Source of the DNA: an uncultured bacterium
GTDB taxonomy: Bacteria; Electryoneota; Electryoneia; Electryoneales; Electryoneaceae
NCBI GenBank assembly: GCA_913009835.1
Contig: CAJVXH010000001.1
Location: forward strand, 1,992-65,991
DNA length: 64,000 nt
Reading direction: 5' to 3'
In this document: in pieces, positions 48,689-57,112 of the stretch
Layout of the letters: each line of letters opens with the position of its first letter
Numbering within the stretch: the stretch's first letter is position 1
Notes under the pieces: generated by a model
What the model saw: only the letters and a program-made list of their open reading frames with translations
Databases searched by the model: none
What the model was told of the DNA's origin: nothing
Translations under genes and position numbers: made by a program

Positions 48689-49683
48689 GATTCTATCCTA
48701 CTGCTCGTATTCACACTGTATGCCGTTGATAGTCTTAAACCTCTCTGTCCTCGCACCAAACCTGCTAGATAGCAGCACCTCCTGAGAAGGTCCACGCATG
48801 GGAAAGCAAGTTTCTCAAACCATGATAGTCTACTATCATGCCAATAATCCCTACAACGAGCCATGAGACTTCGAGGTGACGACGGGGTCGGCAAGAATAA
48901 AAACTGAACAATATGAAATACAATTGGGAGTAGTCGTGGCTCCGGTAGGTCGAAGTCAGACAACTTTCGATCCCGTAAACGGGCATGAACCAACAGTCCT
49001 TCGCCGTTACGAGTCTGTTGAATGACAAATTCTTTGAAATTAATTCTATGGTTGTGGCTGGCGATAGCCTGTGGGCAGCTGCCGAGCATGAATCCCCTTT
49101 GCAACAACCGGTAGGATAGATCCGCATCCTCACCCCCACAACTATGAAAATAGTCGTCAAACAAAGTATCGAACAAGCCTACTAACTGGAGTGCGCTCTT
49201 ACGGAAACATGCGTTAGCTGTGATTACGGACTGAATACTATTGCCTATGCGGATGGGCCCCGACAGAAGACCTCGCCGACCCGCGTAAGCGGATAGGAGC
49301 TTTTTGTCTCCAATGCTCACCACTGTTCCCCCGGCGCCAGCAATCGCAGTGTTATCAGCAAAGAACTTGACGTACCTCTGCAACAGAGTCTGAGAAGCCA
49401 CACAATCATAATCGAACAGAACAATCAGCTCGCTTCTTGCTTGATTAATTCCCATGTTCCGCGTTCTGCAAACTCCTGTATGGGACTTTCTCATTATCCG
49501 CACTGGCCGCTGTCCCAGTTCGAGTATCGCCGCAGCTGATAAATACCCTCCGTCATCGACCACTATGACTTCATAGTCATCGGGATCAAGAGTCTGAATA
49601 CAGAGTGACGCCAAACATAGCCTTAGGAAATCTTCACGGCCATGAAATGGCACAACGACAGATATCTTAAATTTAGGCTCCAT
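48685..49683 (-). CDS. Family 2 glycosyltransferase
   Basis: 332 aa with N-terminal ISVVVPFHGREDFLRLCLASLCIQT...YEVIVVDDGG, the GT2 DxD region. Confidence 0.75.
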   Translation of the reverse strand: MEPKFKISVVVPFHGREDFLRLCLASLCIQTLDPDDYEVIVVDDGGYLSAAAILELGQRPVRIMRKSHTGVCRTRNMGINQARSELIVLFDYDCVASQTLLQRYVKFFADNTAIAGAGGTVVSIGDKKLLSAYAGRRGLLSGPIRIGNSIQSVITANACFRKSALQLVGLFDTLFDDYFHSCGGEDADLSYRLLQRGFMLGSCPQAIASHNHRINFKEFVIQQTRNGEGLLVHARLRDRKLSDFDLPEPRLLPIVFHIVQFLFLPTPSSPRSLMARCRDYWHDSRLSWFEKLAFPCVDLLRRCCYLAGLVRGQRGLRLSTAYSVNTSSRIES

Positions 49684-50570
49684 TACAGCTCACTAAGCAG
49701 TCTTTGGAGCTTGGCAAAGGCATTGTGCCGTAACAAACAGGATAAAGTATCAGTACGATATTCAGGATCTTCAGCTAACGCCGCGAACTCGTGCAGCGTC
49801 ATAGATACAACCCCCATAACTTCGCTGCTCTGGTATACCACGGAGGATGCTTGGGCTTCCGAAACAGGGACAACATAGTAAAATGTCCGCTCTTGATTGA
49901 AGAAGATTCTCTTTAGTTCCAGTCGGGGATGAATTGTTGCTGGTGGTAACCAGGGTAGTGCCAAATTCAACCGCTTGAGTGCTGTCTCTCTGGTTTTATT
50001 CGATAATACCTTCTCACGATCCAAGACTACAAACTCACCCCTCGGCCGATTCTGGTTGATCACTACAGTTCCTTCCGAACCCTCGTATGTCAGTGAATAG
50101 TAATAAAGAGGCCAGCCACGTAAGTTATCATGAAGGGCAACAAGCCTATCAGCGAGAATATTTACAGCTAGTTCTTCTACGCTCTCTCTCACCGCCGTCT
50201 GAAGTGGAAGCTCATCGATTCCAACATGCCCTCCAGCAGAGGGTCCATAGCGATTAGGGAAAGAGTGATCGCCCCCCGACCGGTGCTGGATGAGTAGGCG
50301 ACCATCCGGCAACATCAGGAAAACATCAGCTGTTTTGTGTATTATACCATAATGGTGAGCCCTCCCGATCTCGGTTGCCGGTCCGCATGTTATTCCGTAT
50401 GCATCACATGGGACTACCCATTCCTCTTCATCTTGTCTAGATAGGTTTTCAGCTCTGCTCGCAACTTGCACCCGCTCCCCATATTGGCGAATATCAAATT
50501 CATCTGTTTCAGATGTTTTGTCTAATCCAATTGAGATCAACTTAGTCCTCGCTATATGTACAATTGACAC
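49683..50570 (-). CDS. NUDIX-family hydrolase
   Basis: 295 aa with NUDIX box GGHVGIDELPLQTAVRESVEELAV (Gx5Ex7REUxEExGU). Confidence 0.65.
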   Translation of the reverse strand: MSIVHIARTKLISIGLDKTSETDEFDIRQYGERVQVASRAENLSRQDEEEWVVPCDAYGITCGPATEIGRAHHYGIIHKTADVFLMLPDGRLLIQHRSGGDHSFPNRYGPSAGGHVGIDELPLQTAVRESVEELAVNILADRLVALHDNLRGWPLYYYSLTYEGSEGTVVINQNRPRGEFVVLDREKVLSNKTRETALKRLNLALPWLPPATIHPRLELKRIFFNQERTFYYVVPVSEAQASSVVYQSSEVMGVVSMTLHEFAALAEDPEYRTDTLSCLLRHNAFAKLQRLLSEL

Positions 50571-51768
50571 CCCGTCGGATCAGTTCCGCCCTCGCTCGCA
50601 TACGGGTTACCTGCAGTCTATTAGTGGCTAGCATGCGTAGGGTTTCTTCACCAATAGCAGGATTCTTGATTACTTGGTCGCGAATGTTACGCCACTTATA
50701 TCCGGGTAGTCGCGCCAATTCATCTAACAGGTTCGCTGACGCAAAGGGATTGGCGCTCAGTGCAAAGAGTCTAACTCCAACTGGCAAATCTATACTACCT
50801 GCTAGAGTATCAAGTGCCGCTGATTGTGTCATAGCCAAAGCCAGTGCCCGTAACCATTTTGTGCCCGGTAATCTCAGTATCTTGAGTAGTTCTTTTTCGC
50901 TTAGATAGCACTGTTTCTCAAGACGCACCCGAAGCTCCTCGAAAATAGCAACAGTATCCGAGACGCTTGAAGCCGTGATCATCGCTATCAGTTCGTACCT
51001 TGCCTCAAGCACTCTAGTGAGAGTTTCCTTATCTAGACCGTGAACTTGGTACTGCACCTCTGCCCCTTTGGAGACAGCCAGAATAGCAGCCAGGCGTACG
51101 TCGTGTGAATCGGATACACCACATCTGCGTAGCATTCGAACGCCATCGAATAGGCGTACTGCGTCTCTCTGCCCTCCTGCAATATACTTATACTCCAACG
51201 ATGAGCCTGATGGCGTTCCCAAGTTACGGAAAACTTCATTCATCGCAGTCTCTTCAAGCACAAAGTCCCTAGTCCAACTTTGCCTGGCGGCGAAAATCTC
51301 GGCAAGTACCATTGAACCCGCAAGATATCGCCCGGTCGATGCAATGCGTTGGTCAATGACATCATCAGGTAGAAGAACTTTCCCATTGACATTGCATATC
51401 ACGACATCGGAGTTACCGAATCCAAGCCAGTCTAATGAGTCAATAATGAATTGTTTTAGTTTCGTGACTTTGATCGAGCTTGATCCGTCTTCCAAGATAA
51501 CTAAATCCAAATCACTACCAGGTTTAGCCGTGCCACGAGCCATAGAGCCGCTCATAAGCATTGCCACTGAGCCTTTCATCGCTGAAGTCGATGTGTACCA
51601 TTCAAAGAGCGATATACTCACCCAACGCAAGAAATCTGTGTATACCTGAAGGTATCCGTAGCCATCAAACCGACCAGACTTGAGGCTCGCCATTAGTTCA
51701 TCCTCAAGGCTTGATTTGACCTCCCATATCTCCGTAAGCAAGATATCATGGGTTTTTCTCATAAGCAC
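50542..51768 (-). CDS. Nucleotidyltransferase-domain protein (Pol-beta superfamily)
   Basis: 408 aa with GS...DLDLVIL, the nucleotidyltransferase motif GSMARGTAKPGSDLDLVILEDG. Confidence 0.5.
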   Translation of the reverse strand: MLMRKTHDILLTEIWEVKSSLEDELMASLKSGRFDGYGYLQVYTDFLRWVSISLFEWYTSTSAMKGSVAMLMSGSMARGTAKPGSDLDLVILEDGSSSIKVTKLKQFIIDSLDWLGFGNSDVVICNVNGKVLLPDDVIDQRIASTGRYLAGSMVLAEIFAARQSWTRDFVLEETAMNEVFRNLGTPSGSSLEYKYIAGGQRDAVRLFDGVRMLRRCGVSDSHDVRLAAILAVSKGAEVQYQVHGLDKETLTRVLEARYELIAMITASSVSDTVAIFEELRVRLEKQCYLSEKELLKILRLPGTKWLRALALAMTQSAALDTLAGSIDLPVGVRLFALSANPFASANLLDELARLPGYKWRNIRDQVIKNPAIGEETLRMLATNRLQVTRMRARAELIRRGVNCTYSED

Positions 51769-51839
51769 TCACATAGTTTCAGTCGATACGTAGAGTTTTT
51801 TGGCTTATGGCTTTCGATCAACAATCGCAAAATTCATGA

Positions 51840-52850
51840 CTATTTTGGACACGATGATGAGATGTAAGCATTACCTAAAACACTGCGACAAGCCTCCACA
51901 GACTCAAGAACCCTTACGGCTAGCCAACCATCTGATAACGGCTGTCGCCGCTCGCGAATGCATGACGCGAAATGCTCCAACTCCGTTGTCAGAGCGTCCG
52001 AATCCATCGGTATCGCTAACGACGATTGTCTATCCAAGACTTGCTTATTGTCATCATCTAATCCAATCAAGTATAATCCCTCATCCGAGCCTTCTGCCCG
52101 ATAAACCAAAGTTCCTGCCGTACCACGTACCACCAATTCGCGAATTTTCTCCGCGCCGTAGCAATCCACATGATGGGTCGACAGCAAGTTCCCATTGAAA
52201 CACAAAGACATTTTTGCCCTGGTACACCTATTCCATTCCGACGCAATTTCTCCAACTGCATTAATCCTTTCCGGCACCTTGCTACCTAACAGAAAATCAG
52301 AAATTGAAAAATCATGACTAACCAGATCTTGTAACACATCTACATTATGTCGAACTCCGCATGTGTTGATTCTAATATATTCCAAACTCCGAATCGAACC
52401 AATCTTCCCTGAATTTAGTATCGTACTAATTTCTAAGATGTAAGGGTTATAGAGATAGGTATAGTCAACACCCAATATTCGCCCATGAATCATTGCGTAC
52501 TTCACTAACTCTAATGCGTCAGTGCGCCTCGTTGTAAAAGGCTTTTCAACCAGCACGTCCTTTCCTGCTTCCATTGCATCCATGGCTATTCTCCGGTGAC
52601 TTGTTGGCGGAGTTGCAACAATAATGGCCTGAACCTCCTGCATTTCCAACAGTCTTCTGTAATCCATTTCTCCTACAGCACACGGATAGATTTCGCTAAT
52701 CTCTTTCAGGTTATTGGAGTCTGCATCACTGAAGCCAACCAGAATAACTCCTTTTGCCTTTGTTAAGCTTCTAAGTATGATCCTCCCCCAGTAGCCAACC
52801 CCCACGATTGCAATTCCGATGGGTTTTATCTTTCCGAGTAACATCACCAC
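51840..52850 (-). CDS. Gfo/Idh/MocA-family NAD(P)-dependent oxidoreductase
   Basis: 336 aa with N-terminal Rossmann IGIAIVGVGYWGRIIL and the EKP motif VLVEKPF. Confidence 0.8.
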   Translation of the reverse strand: MVMLLGKIKPIGIAIVGVGYWGRIILRSLTKAKGVILVGFSDADSNNLKEISEIYPCAVGEMDYRRLLEMQEVQAIIVATPPTSHRRIAMDAMEAGKDVLVEKPFTTRRTDALELVKYAMIHGRILGVDYTYLYNPYILEISTILNSGKIGSIRSLEYIRINTCGVRHNVDVLQDLVSHDFSISDFLLGSKVPERINAVGEIASEWNRCTRAKMSLCFNGNLLSTHHVDCYGAEKIRELVVRGTAGTLVYRAEGSDEGLYLIGLDDDNKQVLDRQSSLAIPMDSDALTTELEHFASCIRERRQPLSDGWLAVRVLESVEACRSVLGNAYISSSCPK

Positions 52851-53169
52851 CTCTTCGCTGTCCTTTAGCTGTCCTACAAAGGTAGAGGATCATCTTTTCC
52901 GTCCCGAGCTTGGTCAGACTCACAAAGACGTGACCTCTACACCGATCCAGGGACAATGTACCGCGACATCAATATTTGATTGTCTCGCGTCCAATCCCTT
53001 TTCGCCACGACAGCACTGTCATTATTTGATTTTGCTGTTTCTTTTTGCCAAGCTAATATCAGTCCTTAGCATCCTAGTAGGAACGCTTCTTCAGTCCGAA
53101 GTTGAAAATCTATGGTATAGGGAAATTATGCGGCGAACAGTTCCCCATGTGAGAAATGCTTCAAATGAA

Positions 53170-54294
53170 TTATCCACAAGTGGAGGAGATCACTTCGCGA
53201 ACTGTTGATATGATATTATCAATCTGTTTAGCGGTCAGTTCCGGAAAACAGGGCAATGAGAGAGTTTCTGCGGCATAGAGCTCCGCTTCGGGGAAATCGC
53301 CTTCTTTACCTTCTAAACAAGCGAAACCTGGATGTAAATGCATCGGTACCGGATAGTGTAGGTTGACATTGATGCCGAGTTGTTGCAACTCCGAAAATAC
53401 ACGGTCTCGTTGCTCGACCCGTATGGCGTAGACATGAAATATCGACTCTGACCCTGGGCCAGCTCCCAGTGAAGGCCGCTTAAGTTTGGGTACATTCGCA
53501 AAGCCTCCATCAAAAACCTTCGCGACTGAAATCCGTGCGTCATTCCATGTATCGAGATAAGGAAGTTTGACACGCAACAGAGCAGCTTGAACTTCGTCCA
53601 TTCGGGCGTTGATGCCAATGCGTACGTGCCGGAATTTCTCGATACTCCCATTGTTACGGTATTCGTGGCATAGTTGGGCTAAGGTATGGTCATTAGTGGC
53701 AATCGCCCCCGCTTCGCCCAAAGCACCAATATTCTTTCCAGGATAGAAGCTGAACGCTGCGATGGTACCTAAACTCCCTATTCGGCAACCTTTGTAACAC
53801 CCTCCCGGAGCATGAGCTCCATCTTCACAGATCCAAAGTCCGTGACGATCAGCAATTGAGTAGATGTTATCCATTTCCGCAGCATGACCTAGCATGTGCA
53901 CCGGCAAAATCCCCCTAGTTGCCGGTGTGATTGCCCGTTCCACCTGTTCGGGAGCTAGACAATACGAAATTGGATCGATATCAGCAAACACCGGTTTTGC
54001 GCCGGTTATCGCTACTGCTTCAGCTGTCGCATAAAACGTCATTGCAGGAACGATCACCTCATCACCGGGCTCAATACCCAACGCCAGCATCGATACGTGA
54101 AGAGCAGCAGTTCCACTGCCGACGCCTATCACGTGATTCACCCCGAGGTAATTGGCAAATTCTTTCTCAAAAGCGGCCACCTCGGGCCCGAGGACAAAAG
54201 ACGATCTTTCCAAGACGCGTTGGAACGCGGCAGTAAGTTCCTCTTTCAGCAAATCATGCTGGGCTCGGAGATTCAGAAATGGGATCTTCAACAT
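53170..54294 (-). CDS. DegT/DnrJ/EryC1/StrS-family PLP-dependent sugar aminotransferase
   Basis: 374 aa, with the family-typical N-terminus FLNLRAQHDLLKEELTAAFQRVLERSSFVLGPEVAAFEKEFANYLG and the PLP-lysine region. Confidence 0.85.
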   Translation of the reverse strand: MLKIPFLNLRAQHDLLKEELTAAFQRVLERSSFVLGPEVAAFEKEFANYLGVNHVIGVGSGTAALHVSMLALGIEPGDEVIVPAMTFYATAEAVAITGAKPVFADIDPISYCLAPEQVERAITPATRGILPVHMLGHAAEMDNIYSIADRHGLWICEDGAHAPGGCYKGCRIGSLGTIAAFSFYPGKNIGALGEAGAIATNDHTLAQLCHEYRNNGSIEKFRHVRIGINARMDEVQAALLRVKLPYLDTWNDARISVAKVFDGGFANVPKLKRPSLGAGPGSESIFHVYAIRVEQRDRVFSELQQLGINVNLHYPVPMHLHPGFACLEGKEGDFPEAELYAAETLSLPCFPELTAKQIDNIISTVREVISSTCG

Positions 54295-54630
54295 TGCTCC
54301 TTGTCTATTTTAAATGTGATCTAACAGAGTCTCCAGCGATTCATCGAAAATCGAGACTTGAAATGATTCAGGCTCATTCGATCCAATTCTCAACAGAAAT
54401 TACAACAACCGAAAATTACTGCAATTGTGACTAGATCCATACCCTGGCGACTTGTTTTTACTTCAATAAGATAATCCATTAGGGTCATTCTATTTCGAGT
54501 CACACTTTACTATAACCTCGGACACGAGTGAAAAGAGCTGTCTTCACACGCAGCGTTTGCTTCTATTGTTTCTCATTGAATGCTGAATAGCCTCGAGGCT
54601 AACGTCGCTTACGATCTAAAGCAGTTCCCA

Positions 54631-54653
54631 TGGCACACTGGTGGCACACTCAG
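54631..54653 (+). promoter_or_regulatory. Putative integrase arm-type binding site (2 x tggcacact), right end
   Basis: tggcacact-gg-tggcacact, identical apart from one spacer base to 17481-17503. Lies 110 bp inside attR. Confidence 0.4.
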
Positions 54654-54762
54654 TGCAATATATGGCAACAATTCCCAAACAACCAAAGGGCTTGGAAGAC
54701 AGGAATATCATTGTTATTATTATAGTTAGCTACTGTGACCTGTTGTCCACTATTGCCTATTC

Positions 54763-54809
54763 GGGTCTTTTAAGCCCAAGGCCGAGGGTTCAAGTCCCTC
54801 CATCCTCAC
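54763..54809 (+). repeat. attR: partial duplicate of the tRNA-Lys 3' end
   Basis: gggtcttttaagcccaaggccgagggttcaagtccctccatcctcac matches tRNA positions 28-73 with 3 mismatches. Confidence 0.6.
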
Positions 54810-54822
54810 CATAAATAGACAA

Positions 54823-54853
54823 GGGTTACGGAATCTCCGTAGCCCATTTTTTG
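54823..54853 (+). terminator. Terminator-like hairpin after the attR tRNA fragment
   Basis: gggttacgg-aatct-ccgtagccc followed by attttttg. Resembles the terminator at 17443-17479. Confidence 0.45.
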
Positions 54854-54978
54854 TGCTATAGTCATTCTCAAAAGTACAGCACGCTGTCAGTCATTCTGAA
54901 AACGTGGACGGAGTTTTTTTACCGCCAACGTTTGAAGCACAGCCTGGGATGAAATCCTGGGTGTCAATGGGCTTACGT

Positions 54979-55112
54979 GTGTCATCCTGAGCGCAGCGAA
55001 GGATCTCTCGTTTGACGTTTTCATTCTTCATTGCCGAATGGCAATGGATAAGGCCGCTGCTGGAAAACAAAAGTCAAACGAGAGATACTTCATTACATTC
55101 AGGATGATGGCA
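54979..55112. repeat. Inverted pair of the repeat A-module forming a roughly 130-bp hairpin (MITE-like)
   Basis: gtcatcctgagcgcagcgaaggatctctcgtttgac ... gtcaaacgagagatacttcattacattcaggatgatgg are imperfect reverse complements, with a central palindrome ttgccgaatggcaa. Confidence 0.5.
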
Positions 55113-55289
55113 ACTGAGACAGAGAAACATCAAGCAAGAGATTCTTCCATCCTGCGCCAAGGCTTCGGCTTGTAGTACGCCGTCGACCGACTGACATCAA
55201 GAAGCCGACATTGACGCGTCACCGTCAAGATGTTGTCACGGTCGATCAGCGCCTTGCGCGCATCTGATCCAGCTGACCGACCGCTTGTG

Positions 55290-55592
55290 TTAAAAATCAT
55301 TTTCCAGCGTCAACTGACTGATTTTCGCGTGAAGATCCTTCAACAACGCGTCACCTACATCTGGAGTGCGCGAAGTGTTTTTGCCCGCGAAAACGCCGAC
55401 AGCCTGGTCGGCAAGCTGCTTCTTCCACTGGGTGATCTGGTTGGGATGCACGTCGAACTGTGCGGACAGCTCGGACAACGTTCGGTCGCCTTTCAGCGCC
55501 GCCAACGCCACGGTCGCCTTGAACTGAGGGGTCAACTTCCTGCGAGGTCGCTTCATCTTCCGTTCCTGTTTCTGAGGGCAATTTACCCCCAT
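55290..55592 (-). mobile_element. IS3-family transposase OrfA remnant (orfB missing)
   Basis: 100 aa with KRPRRKLTPQFKATVALAALKGDRTLSELSAQFDVHPNQITQWKKQ and a leucine-zipper-like tail. No orfB ORF follows. Confidence 0.7.
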
Positions 55593-55821
55593 CCGAAGGG
55601 CGAATCCATCACTTAAACCACTGTCCTAATTTCGGGGTCCTCTTCTGTTATTGACGGGTCAGAGTTGACCAGTGGAGTGTATTTCGTTCGAGCATTCGTG
55701 CCCGGCAAGATGAATTCGACGCAAAAGGTTTTATTGGTCGAGTGAAAATCTCTGATTATATCCAACAAAAAACGCAGCTTGGAATCGGCTGCGTTTTGTT
55801 CGGTAGTCTTTATCTTTTATG

Positions 55822-56964
55822 TCACGTCGCTACATACACAATTAGTGGCATACGTATACCCTGAGATGAATGAAACGCTATAATTCGTTTTATCATGTTT
55901 TGTGTTATCTCAAGTCCCTGGGCCACCACCAATACACCTTTCTCTGTCCGTACATTTTCAGCAAGAGTCATTCCCGGAACAAGATCCTCCAAATTGACTC
56001 TCTGCCGCTTACCACCTATTTGACCTACAAAAGTCGTATCAAGTGATTTAACAAACGGTGTGTAAAACTGAAGTGGGTCGTTAAGCATGGCATCAATAAT
56101 GGATTTGTGATTCTCATTATTTAGTCGTTCTACATCATAATAATAGGATAGGTGTAATAAATGAGTGCCTATCTTCTTAATCGACGATTGATCGTCAACA
56201 AAGTCATTTTCATCAATATAAGGTGCGTCAAATTGACACCTGATGATTTCTGAGATTGATTCAAGTTTTGGGACATTTTTAAGTAAATTCGCAGCATATT
56301 CTGCGTGTGATTTATATTGTTTTATTTCCTCATCATTCAAGCGTTTAAAACCATAAATCGATTTTTGTACCAATGTATCTGGAAGGGATACACAACCGAT
56401 CTGCGATAACAGTGCGGAAGTATTATAATCCCATTGATTGTGCAAATCCATATCCTTACTAATTCCTCGAACGAATCGGTACATTCGATTAGAACGACTA
56501 TATGACACAGGATCAGAAACACCAAATATTTCTAATATTATTTTCATACTAGCATGAAATGTTTCATCTAGTATTGATCTTTCTGCCAAGGAAACATTAT
56601 ATTGTTCAACACTATCAGTGATTGTCTTTATAATATCATCTCGTTTCATCGGTTTTGCAATAAACTTATAAATACGACTTTCATTCACGGCACTAACTGC
56701 AATATCCTTGTCTTTGATACTTAGGAGGAGAACTCTGATGGTATGAGGGTACAACTCTGAGATTTGTTTAAGTAGTGTGACCCCATCCATTCCCGACAAC
56801 CGGTAATTGCTTACTACAACTGCCATATCTGTGTCATTAGCTAAACGGTCCAGCGCTTCCTCCCCACTTTTTGCAGTTGCTATATAACAAGTAGAATAAA
56901 TCAGCTTGCGAATGACGTCCAGAACTCTCGCATCTTCATCAACAATAAGCACTCGTCTGTTCAT
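55822..56964 (-). CDS. Response regulator: REC domain fused to a degenerate HD-GYP-like output domain
   Basis: 380 aa. N-terminal receiver (LIVDEDARVLD...VVSNYRLSGMDG...K). C-terminal region aligns by eye with HD-GYP, but the HD, HHE and GYP positions are replaced (SQ, CQF, PYI). Confidence 0.55.
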   Translation of the reverse strand: MNRRVLIVDEDARVLDVIRKLIYSTCYIATAKSGEEALDRLANDTDMAVVVSNYRLSGMDGVTLLKQISELYPHTIRVLLLSIKDKDIAVSAVNESRIYKFIAKPMKRDDIIKTITDSVEQYNVSLAERSILDETFHASMKIILEIFGVSDPVSYSRSNRMYRFVRGISKDMDLHNQWDYNTSALLSQIGCVSLPDTLVQKSIYGFKRLNDEEIKQYKSHAEYAANLLKNVPKLESISEIIRCQFDAPYIDENDFVDDQSSIKKIGTHLLHLSYYYDVERLNNENHKSIIDAMLNDPLQFYTPFVKSLDTTFVGQIGGKRQRVNLEDLVPGMTLAENVRTEKGVLVVAQGLEITQNMIKRIIAFHSSQGIRMPLIVYVAT

Positions 56965-57112
56965 GATTAGCTCCGTAACCTGATTTTAAACATGTAAGCA
57001 TAAATATAAACAATGCAATAAGCACATTCTACCAATTCGACATCCTATATTCCCAAAAGAGAGATCAGGATTCTTCGGCGAGGAGACGTTGTTGGTTGAC
57101 TAAGGAGAGAAT

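Larger units (their letters stand above)
17359..54809. mobile_element. Roughly 37.4 kb integrative genomic island inserted in tRNA-Lys, carrying defence and sugar-modification genes
   Basis: A tRNA with an adjacent tyrosine integrase, a direct repeat of the tRNA 3' end at the far side, internal arm-like repeats at both ends, and cargo genes all on one side of the tRNA. Confidence 0.7.

Noticed and set aside
17359-54809. The island being a prophage
   Set aside because: No capsid, terminase, tail, portal or lysis genes are present. Only integrase, Xis-like and primase genes plus defence and metabolic cargo are found, which fits a satellite-like or integrative island better.
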